A stretch of 64,000 bases of DNA from an uncultured Chthonomonadaceae bacterium (GCA_963835065.1 CAWIEK010000011.1:105145-169144); one strand, 5' to 3'; positions 51,303-61,926 are shown, counted from the first letter of the stretch. Notes: generated by a model not told the origin, from the letters alone. A program made the numbers and translations.

Positions 51303-51355
51303 GATTGTTACCCCGCTGTCTCTAACTGTTCCTCTACGAAATCGAGAAGGCTGCG

Positions 51356-52015
51356 TTATGAACGCGCCTCCGCTTTCTGATTACACACTTCGGCTACAGG
51401 ACGATAGGAGCGGCGATGCAGGGGGCAGATGCCGTTGGTTTGGAGCGCGCGCAGGTGGATGGGAGCGGGGTAGCCTTTGTGCCCGGCAAAGCCATACGCG
51501 GGATACTCGTCATGGTAGGCGCGCATCAGGCGGTCACGGGTGACTTTGGCGATGATGGACGCGGCGGCAATAGTCGCGCTGCGGCTGTCACCTTTAACAA
51601 GGGCGATTTGATCGAGGGGAAAAGGACATACGGGCAGGCCGTCAATCATTGCCACATCAGGAAAAAGGCCGGGGGGAAGGTTGCGGAGGGCAAGGCGCAT
51701 GGCTTCGTGCGAAGCGCGCAGAATGTTGATGCGGTCAATGGTCGGCGCGTCCACGATACCAACACCAACGCCCCGCGCCATATTTCTAATTTCTTCATAA
51801 AGCCGTTCGCGCTGTTCGGCGGAAAGCATTTTGCTATCGTTGACGCCAACCGGAACGCGCTCAAACGGCAGTACGACACACGCCGCCACCACCGGCCCCG
51901 CCAACGCCCCGCGTCCCGCCTCATCAATCCCGGCCAGACAGCGATAGCCTTCCGCCCGCGCCCGCCGCTCTTCGCTCCAGAAGTTGATAGTTGATAGTTG
52001 ATAGTTGATAGGCAT
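51356..52015 (-). CDS. rnhB: Ribonuclease HII
   Basis: GIDEAGRGALAGPVVAA, DSK.L, KGD.RS..IAAASIIAKVTRD, HKGY. Confidence 0.96.
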   Translation of the reverse strand: MPINYQLSTINFWSEERRARAEGYRCLAGIDEAGRGALAGPVVAACVVLPFERVPVGVNDSKMLSAEQRERLYEEIRNMARGVGVGIVDAPTIDRINILRASHEAMRLALRNLPPGLFPDVAMIDGLPVCPFPLDQIALVKGDSRSATIAAASIIAKVTRDRLMRAYHDEYPAYGFAGHKGYPAPIHLRALQTNGICPLHRRSYRPVAEVCNQKAEARS

Positions 52016-52077
52016 ACTCTTCTCCACACTGCTTGGCCTGAAGTGTCCAGCACTATCAACTATCAACTATCAACTTT
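51981..52077. repeat. Palindromic element with (AGTTGAT)n arms overlapping the rnhB start
   Basis: (gttgata)4 / (ctatcaa)3 around a ~41-nt core; related arrays at 50873..50911 and 56392..56422. Confidence 0.88.
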
Positions 52078-52081
52078 CCGC

Positions 52082-52954
52082 CTAATGCAGCAGCCGAATC
52101 CTTCCAAGCGGCCAGAAGATCACGCTGGCTTTGCCGATCACGCGCCAATCGTCGAGCGGCCCCCAATAACGGCTATCGTTGCTGTCGTTGCGGTTGTCGC
52201 CCATGACCCAGTATTGGTGCGGCCCAAGCTTTAATGGCCCGCCACGATAAGGCGTAGCGTAGTTGAAATGGTCTTCCAGATTCGGGTCCATTTTTTCTTT
52301 AATGGAGTAGGGCAGTTTGGAATTTTGAAATTCTTCGAGCTGCTCGTTGTTGCGGTAAACGTGTCCGTTCTTTATTTCCATCGAATCGCCCGGAACACCC
52401 ATCAAGCGCTTTATGAGTACATTTTCAACCTGCGCGCCGCTGTTACGGTGTTCCGCATCCGCCTCTTTGGGCGCGCGAAAGACGATGATGTCTCCCCGGT
52501 GAGGAGACCCGAAGCGATACACCAGTTTGTTGACAAAGATGTGGTCGTGAACGGTTTCTTTGTGGGTTTGGCTGGAATCCCCGGCAACCGGCTGGCCGGC
52601 CTCATGGCCGAGCAGGGTGTTTTCCATGGACTCGGAAGGAATGAAAAAAGCCTGCACGAAGAACGGACGAATGACCAGAAAGACGAGAACGCCGGCAATA
52701 ATCAGCGACTCAAGAATTTCCGCCAGGCCGCGCGTAAAGCCCGCATCGCTGCCCCCAGCCGCGACGCCCATTTTCATAGCGGAAAGAGAGGGTGTGCCGG
52801 AATCACTGCTGCTTCTCATGCGCGGGCGCATGGCTCCGCCCACCTGCAGTATCAGCAACCGCAGCAGCGTCAGCACAAGCGCTGCCGCCACAATCGAACT
52901 GACGCTCAGGTTCGCCAAAAACTCCGTTGCGCCCACATCTGTTGATGGGTTCAT
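52082..52954 (-). CDS. lepB: Signal peptidase I
   Basis: IPSESME.TL, RGDIIVF, IKR, MGDNRNDSNDSRYWG. Confidence 0.96.
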   Translation of the reverse strand: MNPSTDVGATEFLANLSVSSIVAAALVLTLLRLLILQVGGAMRPRMRSSSDSGTPSLSAMKMGVAAGGSDAGFTRGLAEILESLIIAGVLVFLVIRPFFVQAFFIPSESMENTLLGHEAGQPVAGDSSQTHKETVHDHIFVNKLVYRFGSPHRGDIIVFRAPKEADAEHRNSGAQVENVLIKRLMGVPGDSMEIKNGHVYRNNEQLEEFQNSKLPYSIKEKMDPNLEDHFNYATPYRGGPLKLGPHQYWVMGDNRNDSNDSRYWGPLDDWRVIGKASVIFWPLGRIRLLH

Positions 52955-52972
52955 GGAAAACTCCAGGAGAAA

Positions 52973-53088
52973 GTAGTCAGTAGTCAGTAGTCAGTAGAAT
53001 TGCTCTTACTTACTAAGCTGTTCCCGTTCTGCACAGCCAAGATTAAGTAGTTATTTCTACTGACTACTGACTACTGACTACTGACTAC
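52973..53088. repeat. Palindromic element with (GTAGTCA)n arms, copy D
   Basis: Same arms; supplies the rplS TAG stop codon. Confidence 0.9.
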
Positions 53089-53553
53089 CTCTTCGCATTT
53101 CGATCTTCCTTGATGCGCGCCTGCTTGCCGACTTTGCCGCGCAGGTAGTACAGCTTGGCGCGGCGTACCTTGCCGAAGCGAACCACTTCGATTTTTTCGA
53201 TGCGGGGCGAGTACATCAGGAACGTGCGCTCCACGCCGACGGTATGCGAAATTTTACGCACGGTAAAGCTTTTGCGCGCGCTGGTGTGATTGTCGGCGAT
53301 GACAACGCCTTCAAACACCTGAATGCGCTCTTTGTCGCCTTCCACAACCTTGGCGAAGACCTTGATGGTGTCGCCGGGGCGGAATTTGGGCAGTTCGGCG
53401 CGCTGCTCGACGCGAGACGCGCTCGAAATCAGGGCGCTTTTTTTCTTTCGCTTCCTGTTCGCGGCGGCGGTTTTCGGTGTCCGCCCAAATTTGACGGGCG
53501 CGCACAATCTCTTGACGTTCGATCTCGCGTATGGTTTCAGGTCCCAGAGCCAT
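53085..53553 (-). CDS. rplS: 50S ribosomal protein L19 with N-terminal extension; frameshift near 53415
   Basis: [35 protein letters not shown]; 5' part in frame 53311..53553. Confidence 0.92.
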
Positions 53554-54562
53554 TGATTTCCTCGTTTTCTATCAGTTCCAAAGTGTCCGGGCCGAGCGCG
53601 GGCGCAGTTGTCTCACTATTGCCAGGGCGCGTCTCGTCCGGTGCGGCTTGCTTCCCTTCCGATGCCGTTCCGGGCGCGGAGGATTTGTGAGCAGCGGCCT
53701 TCGAGTCGGGAGGAGCGGTCGGTTCCTCCCCGTTGATTAACTTCCAGTCTTTATCAGACAGGTTCAGACGCGCGAACAGGTCGGGACGGCGTTCCCGCGT
53801 CTCGCGCAGTTGATGCCAGCGCCGCCAGCGTTCGATTTGCGCGTGGTGTCCGCACATCAAAATATCCGGCACACTCCAGCCTTGAAAATCGCGGGGACGG
53901 GTGTAGTGCGGATATTCCAGTAGATCGTCGGCGAATGTGTCCTTGTCGGGAGCCAAACTATCGCCCAGTGCGTCCGGCTGCAAGCGGGTCAGCGCGTCGG
54001 CGATAATCAGGGCGGGCAATTCCCCGCCCGTCAGAATGTAATCGCCGATGGAAACTTCATCCGTCACCAGATGCCGGCGAACGCGCTCATCCACGCCTTC
54101 ATAGTGGCCGCACAGCAAAATCAGATGCTCTTCCCGCGCCCACTGCCGCGCCGTGTCCTGCGTAAAGCGCGGGCCGCGCGGATCGGTCAGCGCGATCCGC
54201 GGACGCGACCGGCTGCCAACCAAATCTTCCGTATACTGTACCTCATTTACGCCCGTTTGTGGTGAAAACGTTTCACTTTCCGCAGCAAAAGATGCAGTCA
54301 GGGGCATGGTGGAAGGAGATACCGGAGGATTGGAAGCCGTCACATGCGCTAATGCGCGGGCAATCGGCTCGATCTTCATAATCATGCCGCCGCCGCCACC
54401 ATAGGGCATATCATCCGTTGTTTTGTGGCGGTCAAACGTAAAATCGCGCAGGTTGACTACGTTAATGGTAATCAGCCCGCGCTCCCGCGCCCGCTTGATA
54501 ATGCTATGCTCCAGCGCGCCCGCAACCATTTCGGGCAGCACGGTGAGGATGTCAATTTGCAT
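53537..54562 (-). CDS. trmD: tRNA (guanine37-N1) methyltransferase
   Basis: [38 protein letters not shown]. Confidence 0.97.
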   Translation of the reverse strand: MQIDILTVLPEMVAGALEHSIIKRARERGLITINVVNLRDFTFDRHKTTDDMPYGGGGGMIMKIEPIARALAHVTASNPPVSPSTMPLTASFAAESETFSPQTGVNEVQYTEDLVGSRSRPRIALTDPRGPRFTQDTARQWAREEHLILLCGHYEGVDERVRRHLVTDEVSIGDYILTGGELPALIIADALTRLQPDALGDSLAPDKDTFADDLLEYPHYTRPRDFQGWSVPDILMCGHHAQIERWRRWHQLRETRERRPDLFARLNLSDKDWKLINGEEPTAPPDSKAAAHKSSAPGTASEGKQAAPDETRPGNSETTAPALGPDTLELIENEEINGSGT

Positions 54563-54683
54563 AGTAGTCAGTAGTCAGTAGTCAGTAGTCAGTAGAAATG
54601 CCTGTCTCTTCAAGACTGTGCGCTTCAGTAGAAGTCTGCAAAACGAGACGTTACTGACTACTGACTACTGACTACTGACTACT
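54563..54683. repeat. Palindromic element with (GTAGTCA)n arms, copy E
   Basis: Same arms; directly abuts the trmD ATG. Confidence 0.9.
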
Positions 54684-54685
54684 TC

Positions 54686-55222
54686 TCATGCCTCTTCCGC
54701 CTCCCCCGGCAGCAATCCGGGCGTGGGCGTGACGACGATGCGGCGGCGCGTCAAATCTACTTCGCGGATAACTTCTTTGATGGCGGGAAGCAGGATTTCG
54801 GTCTTGCCTTCGCCGATCACATACACATCGTTGCCGCCGCCGCGCAGGATGGAATTCAAACGCCCCAACGGGCGCGCGTCCTGCGTGAAAACGTCGCACC
54901 CGATGAGGTCATAGATGTAGTATTCATTTTTCGGCAGGCGTACCGCATCCTGCGGACGCACCTGCAAAAACGTGTTGCGCAGACTTTCGGCTTCTTCAAT
55001 GGTAGAAACGCCGCGAAGCCTCAACAATATCTGGCCTTTATGCGGGCGGGCGCTTTCCACGGCGTACATTTCCGCCTGTTCCGGGGAACGGCGGACGCAT
55101 ACATTGCGCAAATGGTCGAAGCGTTCGGGAAAATCCGTTTCCAGACGCACCTTCATTTCGCCCGCCAGCCCAAAAGGAGCAACGATCTCCCCGATTGTCA
55201 GGCTCCACTCTTCTAACTGCAT
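54686..55222 (-). CDS. rimM: Ribosome maturation factor RimM
   Basis: IG.IV.PFG..GE.KV...TDFP, EYY..DLIG, NDVY, LLPAI; synteny. Confidence 0.95.
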   Translation of the reverse strand: MQLEEWSLTIGEIVAPFGLAGEMKVRLETDFPERFDHLRNVCVRRSPEQAEMYAVESARPHKGQILLRLRGVSTIEEAESLRNTFLQVRPQDAVRLPKNEYYIYDLIGCDVFTQDARPLGRLNSILRGGGNDVYVIGEGKTEILLPAIKEVIREVDLTRRRIVVTPTPGLLPGEAEEA

Positions 55223-55439
55223 GGTGATTTACAGGGATTCCGGCTTGCGGAACCGACCGAGTAAGGAACAGCGTGTCGGCGGCAAGCGGAAAGGGAAAAA
55301 CATAGCATAACAAGTGTAGCGGGATTCAGATTTGAACCCGAAGCGGCACACATCGCCTTCCTCCCTGCTGTTGTCGATTTGGAGAGGAATCAGGCCGCAC
55401 GGAGCCAAGACGATGTTACGGCACAACAAACGCGCGAAT

Positions 55440-55670
55440 TTAGGCGATGATTTCTACGTACACTTTGCGCTTGTTCTTCATGGCGGCGGCTTTGGCGACG
55501 GTGCGCAGGGCGTTGGCAATGCGGCCCTGCTTGCCGATCACTTTGCCCAGATCACCAGGCGCGACGCGCACTTCATACGTCGTCGCTTCGTCCTGTGGCA
55601 CTTCTTTGATTTCTACCTGATCCGGCTCGTCTACGAGCGCTTTTACCAGATACTCGATGAGGTTTTCCAA
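55440..55670 (-). CDS. khpA: KH-domain RNA-binding protein KhpA (YlqC)
   Basis: [26 protein letters not shown] start after AGGAG. Confidence 0.92.
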   Translation of the reverse strand: MENLIEYLVKALVDEPDQVEIKEVPQDEATTYEVRVAPGDLGKVIGKQGRIANALRTVAKAAAMKNKRKVYVEIIA

Positions 55671-55743
55671 CGTAGTGACTCCTTCGCGATATTCCAAGAT
55701 TCACCTGGCTTGATCAGGCAAAAAACGTTGCCCGTGCGCCCGT

Positions 55744-56035
55744 CTATTGGGTTGAGTTCCTGGCGCGGAGCGGCTTTCACCGCCGCGAGACGGTCCAGGA
55801 GGCCCTGCTTTTTGAGCAGAGCGCGAGTGGTATCGGTCGGCTGCGCCCCATAGCCGAGCCAGCGCAGGGCTTTCTCCTCATCAAAAGTGACGGCGGGAGG
55901 GTCCATGTTGGGATCGTAGGTTCCAATCGTGTCGATAAAGCGGCCATCGCGCGCTTCGGTGCTGTTGGCAACGACCACGCGGTAGATGGGATGCTTTTTC
56001 GCGCCCATGCGCTTCAAACGAATCTTTACTGGCAC
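55744..56035 (-). CDS. rpsP: 30S ribosomal protein S16; probable indel near 55768 extends the computed ORF
   Basis: [36 protein letters not shown]. Confidence 0.93.
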
Positions 56036-56424
56036 TCTGCAAGGCTCCTTTCAAGTGGAAACGAAACGGCTCCCTCTATTTGACTGGAAGCAAACGTCGT
56101 TCAGGAAAATAGATGGATGCCGCACTGATTTCAACTCTGAGGACGCGCAGGCGTCAGTGAGCGAAACGAGGCTCAACCGGAGGCTTCTTTGTTTTGACGA
56201 TTGGCGCGGGAAACATGTTCCCACCGGCAGCAAAAAATTTTGCTATTCCGGTATATTTCCCCTCGTCAATTCTCCCGTTACGGCATCCATTTCAAACGGA
56301 AAACAATCGAAAACAAACGAACTGCAAACGAAAACATTCCCCTCATATCCAAACTACAGAGGAGCGCTGAACATGCGTAGTTCACGCCTGGCTATCAACT
56401 ACAAACTATCAACTATCAACTTCT

Positions 56425-57859
56425 TTAGCGCCCCTTGCGCCCGAAGGGAAAGCGGGGCATTTTAGGTCCGGGACCTATGGGACGGCGCGGCAGGCCACCC
56501 GGCCCGCCCTTCCCGAACGGACCTTTGCCCGGCCCGCCCTTGCCCCCCGGCATTTGTCCCATCAAGGTGCGGATCATTTTGCGCATCTGCTCGAACTCAT
56601 TCAAAAACTGGTTGACTTCCTGCACCTTCATGCCGCAGCCCTGCGCAATTCGGCGTCGGCGCGGGCCGTTGAGGATAGCCGGGTTGCCGCGCTCCTGGGG
56701 CGTCATGGACTGCACGATGGCTTTTTTGCGCGACATGCACCTTTTGCGCTTCGGCGCTGTTGAACTGCTCCATCATTTCGCTGTTCATGCCGGGAAGCAT
56801 TTTCAGAATGTTTTCCATCGGCCCCAGCTTGTTCATCTGCTCTAGTTGATCCAGAAAGTCGTTGAGATCGAAGCGGCTTTCGCGCAGCTTGGCTTCCATC
56901 TCCTCGGCTTTTTTCTCGTCAATGTTCTCCTGCGCTTTTTCAATCAGGCTGAGAATGTCGCCCATGCCCAAAATGCGCGAGGCCAGACGGTCGGGATAAA
57001 ACAATTCCAGCGCGTCGAGTTTTTCGCCCACGCCCATAAACTTGATGGGAACGCCCGTTACGGAACGAATGGACAGCGCCGCGCCGCCGCGCGTGTCGCC
57101 GTCCATTTTGGTCATCACGAAGCCGGTAATATCCAGCTGGCTGTTGAATTCTTCGGCGAAATTAACGGCATCCTGCCCCACCATCGCGTCCACAACCAGC
57201 AAAATCTCGTGCGGCTGTACGCGGGCTTTCATCTGGCCCAGTTCGTCCATCAGCTCTTTGTCAATGGCAAGCCGCCCTGCCGTATCCAGAATCACAATGT
57301 CGTTGCCGTTTTGCTTGGCTTGTTCCATCGCGCGGACGGCAATCGTGGGCGGGGCTTTCTTTTCTTCGGGCGCAATGGTGAAAACGGGGATTTTGATTTG
57401 TTCGCCAAGCACTTGCAATTGCTTCACCGCTGCGGGGCGGTAAATGTCGCAGGCGACCATCAACGGATTGCGTCCCTGCTTCTTAAACCACGCGGCCATT
57501 TTACCCGTAAGCGTAGTTTTGCCAGCCCCCTGCAAGCCGCACAGCATGATAATCGTCGGCGCAACGGGAGCCATGCTGACGCCCACCTGTTCGCCGCCGA
57601 GCAGGTCAATCAGTTCTTTATTAACAATGTCTATGACTTGCTGCCAGGGCTGAAGGCTTTCCAGCACTTCCACGCCAAGCGCTTTTTCCCGCACTTTGGC
57701 AATGAAGTCCTTGACCACTTTCAGGTTGACGTCGGCTTCCAGCAGAGCCAGGCGCACTTCGCGCATCGCTTCGCTGATATCGGCTTCCGTGACCTTGCCG
57801 CTCTTGCGCAGGCGGGAAAACAGCGTTTTTTGAAGTTTGTCGGACAGGCTTTCAAACAT
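56425..57859 (-). CDS. ffh: Signal recognition particle protein Ffh; frameshift near 56742
   Basis: ALLEADV, GLQGAGKTT, DTAGR, TKMDGDTRGG, RILGMGD; the M domain (SMTP.ER.NP..RRRRIA.G) continues in frame 56425..56736. Confidence 0.96.
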
Positions 57860-58117
57860 GCGACCACTTCCTTGTCACTAACACCAAAACCAAAGTCGAA
57901 CAACAGAGCCGCCACAGCAAACCCAGTCACCAACAAAGCCGAAAACAGCGTCACAGATGACCACACGGCACAAAACCCGACGTCGCGCCTGAGAAGAGGA
58001 GAACGGCGAGTGCAGGCGACATCGGGCAGCTTCCGTTGTCTGCATGGGAATTACAAAAAGGTTGTATGGATTAGTATACTGTCTGCGGGAGGAATTTGTC
58101 AATGCCGGGGGAGGAAG

Positions 58118-58250
58118 GTATTCGGGTGTCGGGTATCGGGTGTCGGGTATCGGGGGAGAGTGATCAGGTATTCGGGTATTCAGGCTTCCTATATTCCATA
58201 TTCCTATATTCCGTCTTCTGTCTTCTCCTAATATCTAATATCTAATATCT
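58118..58250. repeat. Mosaic of short tandem 7/8-mer repeats
   Basis: (gtgtcgg/gtatcgg)n, (cctatatt)n and (ctaatat)3 in the divergent intergenic region. Confidence 0.75.
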
Positions 58251-58659
58251 TGTCAAAAAAGTGAAACGTTCGCCGTTTGCTCATTGTAGCGAACGTTTCA
58301 CAAAAATGCCGAGAGCAACCCTTTGCCGCTTCCTGGCGTCAAACCCCGGCGGTGTGGCGTTACCACAAGCAGTGTGGAATTACCACGATAGGAGTATCCA
58401 TAGTATAGTCGGTTGGCGTGTCCGTTCCCGTGTCTAAAAGGTGACAAAAAACGTGTCAGGCTCCAAAATAAAGGAGTTTTTTATAAAAACAGGAAACCTT
58501 ACGGGGAGACAAATGTGTTTTACGGATGTATGGCGGCCAGTGGAATCAATGTCGGCGGCGGGCAAAGCGTTGATTTTGTGTGGTGGGTGGAAGGAAACGG
58601 CTTTCATGAGGTTTGTCAAGACGACGCAGGCGGAGGCGCAGGTAGCTGAGGAGGAGGCA

Positions 58660-61600
58660 ATGCTGCCGGAAGCGGAGGCTCCGCTGTGCCTGCGCTTGTT
58701 CGGGGCGGGAGAAATTATCGCGCGCGGGGTTCCGTCACCGCGTCCGAAACAGCGCAAAGATTATTTGCTGTTGGCCTTACTGGCGCTGCGGGCGGGACAG
58801 ATGCTGGAACGCGATTGGCTTGCCGGCGCGCTGTGGCCGGACAGCGAGGCAAGCCAGGCGTTGTACAATCTGCGGCGCAGCCTGAGCGCCGCGCGCCGCG
58901 CATTGGGGGAGGAGGGCGGGCGCATTGAATCGCCCACGAGCCGTACGGTACGGTTCAATGCGGCAGGGGCGCATGTGGACGCGCTGCTGTTCGACAGGCT
59001 GATACGGCGGCGGGATCAGGCTGCGCTGCTGCAAGCCGTCTCTCTCTATCGTGGCCCTTTGCTGGAAGGTCTGGATGCTGCATGGGCGCTGTCGGAGCGA
59101 AACGCGCGCGAACAAGCCTATCTGGATGCGCGGCAACGCCTGGCGGAACAAGCGCGCGACGAGGGAAATTGGACAGAGGCTGCGCGGCATCTGCGCGCCG
59201 TGATCGAAATTGATCCCCTGCGCGAGTCGGCGCAGCGCCGGTTGATGCAGGCGCTGGCGAGTATGGGCGATGTGGCTGCCGCAGTGCAGGCGTATCGCGC
59301 TTTGCGGCTGCATCTGCATCAGGAATTGAATGTGCTCCCTTCCGCCGAAACGATTGCCCTGTATCAGCGGATACAAAGCGAGGCGCGGCGAACGGTTCCC
59401 CCGCGCCGTGCCGCCGGGGAGACTGCCGAACGCGCTCCTGTTTCTGCCCCTGCTTCCACTCCACAGCAAAATCCGCGGCAACAGTCCACTGAGGAGCAGG
59501 AACAACACTATCTGAACGAAATCGCTTCACAACCAAGCAATCAACACGAAATCGCTTCAAACGAAAGCTGTCAACAGGAGGAAGCCAATTTCTCCACTGC
59601 GCAAAGCGGAAGTGACACTGTTGGCTTTCTGCCGCAGCCGCTGACCCGGCTGATCGGACGCGAACAGGAGGCCGAAGAGGTTCGGGAACAACTGCTTACG
59701 GCGCGTCTGGTGACATTGACGGGAACGGGCGGCGTGGGCAAAACGCGGCTGGCGGCGCATGTTGCCCACGCAAACCGCGCGCTGTATCCGCATGGCGTCT
59801 GGTTCGTTGACCTTTCCAGCCTGTCGCGTCCCGAACAGGTGGCTCCGGCGATTGCATCCGTCTTGAAGGTTCAGGAAGCGCCGGGGCAGGGATTGGACAC
59901 CGCGCTTGCCGACTGGTTTCATTCCCGCCGCGCCCTGCTGGTGCTGGACAACTGCGAACATCTGGGGCAGGAGTGCGCGCGGCTGGCGCATCTGCTGTTG
60001 CAGGCCGCCGCGGATTTGCAGGTTCTGGCGTCCAGTCGGCATCCCCTGGGATTGCCGGGGGAAGTGACATGGCGCGTTCCCTCACTGTCGCTGCCGGACG
60101 GGGTATGGGAGGAAGCCGCGCCCGCGCGGGAAAAGCAGGAGCATTTGCCGGAACTGCTGGCTTCGGATGCGGTGCTGTTCTTTGTGGAGCGCGCGTGTCA
60201 GGCGCGGCCCGGATTTCGGCTGACGCCGCAGAACGCGCCCCTGGTCGCCCGCCTGTGCCGCAAACTGGACGGTATCCCGCTGGCATTGGAATTGGCGGCG
60301 GGACGGCTGCGCGCGCTTTCGCTGTCACAACTGGTGTCGCGCCTGGACGATTGTTTTGCGTTGCTGACATCCGCCTCCTCGGTTTCCACGCGGCAGCAAA
60401 CTCTTCGCGCGCTGATGGATTGGAGCGTCGCCCTGCTCACCCCCGCCGAAATGCGCCTGCTGCGCCAATTGTCCGTCTTCGCAGGCGGCTGGACGCTGGA
60501 AGCGGCGGAAGCGATCACAAAGGATGAAGGCGGAAGGATGAAGGATGAAATAGGGAATAGGGAACAGGAAACAGGGAACAGCGCGCTCCAACACCCTCTT
60601 CATCCTTCATCCTTCATCCTTCATCCTTTTCTTGACGTTCTCACCGGCCTGGTGGACAAGTCGCTGGTGGCGTATGAGGAGCGAAACGGGGTGGGGCGGT
60701 ATCGGCTGCTGGAAACGGTGCGGCAATACGCGCTGGAGCAATTGACGCGCAGTGGCGAGGAAAGCGCGATGGGGATTCGCCATGCGCAGTTCTACCTGAA
60801 TTTTGTGGAGGAATGGAGTCGGAAACTGAAAGGGGCGGAGCAGATACGCGCCCTGCACGAACTCGAGGCCGAACATGATAACTACCGCGCCGCGTTGGAT
60901 GCCTGCCTGCGCGCGCCGAGCGCGACAGAGCGCGATAGAGGTTTGCGCTTCGTAAACGCGCTGCGGCAGTTCTGGGTCATGCGGGATCATTTCAGCGAAG
61001 CGCGTTTTTATCTGCAAGCGTTCTTGAACCATCCCGCCGGCGCGTCGGAAGGCCGCTTGCGCGCGGAGGCGCTGAATGGACTGGGAGCGTTTTGTCGCAA
61101 TCAGGGCGACAATGCGGCGGCGCGGGCGTGTTACGAAGAATCGCTGGCATGGGCGCGTTCGCAGGGCAGCGCAGAATTAGCGGCCAAAGTACAAAGCAAC
61201 CTGAGCGATGTGGCGCGTATGCAGGGCTGTTACAACGAAGCCGGAGAACTCCTCCATGCGACGCTGCAATGGGCGCGGGAAACGGGCGACCTGTACGCTG
61301 AAGGGCGCTGCTTAAACGGTTTAGGCGAGTTGGCCGTTGTACACGGGGATTACGAAGCCGCGCTTCCCTTGTGGGAGGCGGCGCTGGAAACCGCGCGCAA
61401 AATGGACAATCCTCACGCTGTGGGCATGAGTTTGCTTAATTGTGGTTCGGCTCGCATGTTTACGGGTGATTACGACGGAGCCAAAAAACGGTTCGTGGAA
61501 GCCCTGCGATTGCACCGGGAACTCAACAGCAAATATAATACGGCGATGGCGCTGCTGTGCCTGGCGCGATTGGCCTTTCATACGCAGCAGTATCAGGAGG

Positions 61601-61926
61601 CTCGCCGGGAGGTGGGGGAAGCCCTCAGGTGCAGCGCGCAGGTTGGCGATACGGCGATGCTGGCGGAGGAATTGGTGGCGCTATCCAAAGTGGAAGCGGC
61701 GCAGGGCAACCCTCTGGTGGCGGCGCGACTGTGGGGGATGATGCAGCAGTTGGTTGGCAGCCAGCCGTTTTTTACCGCGCCCGGAGCCTCCGAAGAAGCC
61801 GCCGCGTTTGTGGCAACATTGAATCAAACGTTGGGCGCGGCGGAGTGCGAAACCGCGATGATGCGCGGGCGAACCCTGCCGCGCCCGCAACTGCTGGCCG
61901 AAATCGTGGAGCGGGCCGGCCAGTAG
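58660..61926 (+). CDS. AfsR/SARP-type regulator: winged HTH + BTAD + NB-ARC ATPase + TPR
   Basis: LYRGPLLEG, DPLRE.AQR.LM; P-loop GTGGVGKT; LVLDNCEH, LDGIPLALELAA; C-terminal TPRs; GAGGAGG RBS. Confidence 0.93.
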   Translation: MLPEAEAPLCLRLFGAGEIIARGVPSPRPKQRKDYLLLALLALRAGQMLERDWLAGALWPDSEASQALYNLRRSLSAARRALGEEGGRIESPTSRTVRFNAAGAHVDALLFDRLIRRRDQAALLQAVSLYRGPLLEGLDAAWALSERNAREQAYLDARQRLAEQARDEGNWTEAARHLRAVIEIDPLRESAQRRLMQALASMGDVAAAVQAYRALRLHLHQELNVLPSAETIALYQRIQSEARRTVPPRRAAGETAERAPVSAPASTPQQNPRQQSTEEQEQHYLNEIASQPSNQHEIASNESCQQEEANFSTAQSGSDTVGFLPQPLTRLIGREQEAEEVREQLLTARLVTLTGTGGVGKTRLAAHVAHANRALYPHGVWFVDLSSLSRPEQVAPAIASVLKVQEAPGQGLDTALADWFHSRRALLVLDNCEHLGQECARLAHLLLQAAADLQVLASSRHPLGLPGEVTWRVPSLSLPDGVWEEAAPAREKQEHLPELLASDAVLFFVERACQARPGFRLTPQNAPLVARLCRKLDGIPLALELAAGRLRALSLSQLVSRLDDCFALLTSASSVSTRQQTLRALMDWSVALLTPAEMRLLRQLSVFAGGWTLEAAEAITKDEGGRMKDEIGNREQETGNSALQHPLHPSSFILHPFLDVLTGLVDKSLVAYEERNGVGRYRLLETVRQYALEQLTRSGEESAMGIRHAQFYLNFVEEWSRKLKGAEQIRALHELEAEHDNYRAALDACLRAPSATERDRGLRFVNALRQFWVMRDHFSEARFYLQAFLNHPAGASEGRLRAEALNGLGAFCRNQGDNAAARACYEESLAWARSQGSAELAAKVQSNLSDVARMQGCYNEAGELLHATLQWARETGDLYAEGRCLNGLGELAVVHGDYEAALPLWEAALETARKMDNPHAVGMSLLNCGSARMFTGDYDGAKKRFVEALRLHRELNSKYNTAMALLCLARLAFHTQQYQEARREVGEALRCSAQVGDTAMLAEELVALSKVEAAQGNPLVAARLWGMMQQLVGSQPFFTAPGASEEAAAFVATLNQTLGAAECETAMMRGRTLPRPQLLAEIVERAGQ

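Noticed and set aside
53430..53450. A_AAA_AAG slippery heptamer as a programmed -1 frameshift in rplS
   Set aside because: The -1 frame hits TGA within three codons; the L19 body is in the +1 frame, so an indel error is more likely.
56425..57859. ffh, rpsP and rplS as pseudogenes
   Set aside because: Essential genes with single indels and otherwise intact motifs; best explained as sequence errors.
57878..58102. Small Cys-rich ORF or SRP RNA upstream of ffh
   Set aside because: No convincing RBS or recognisable protein motif, and no SRP domain IV signature seen.
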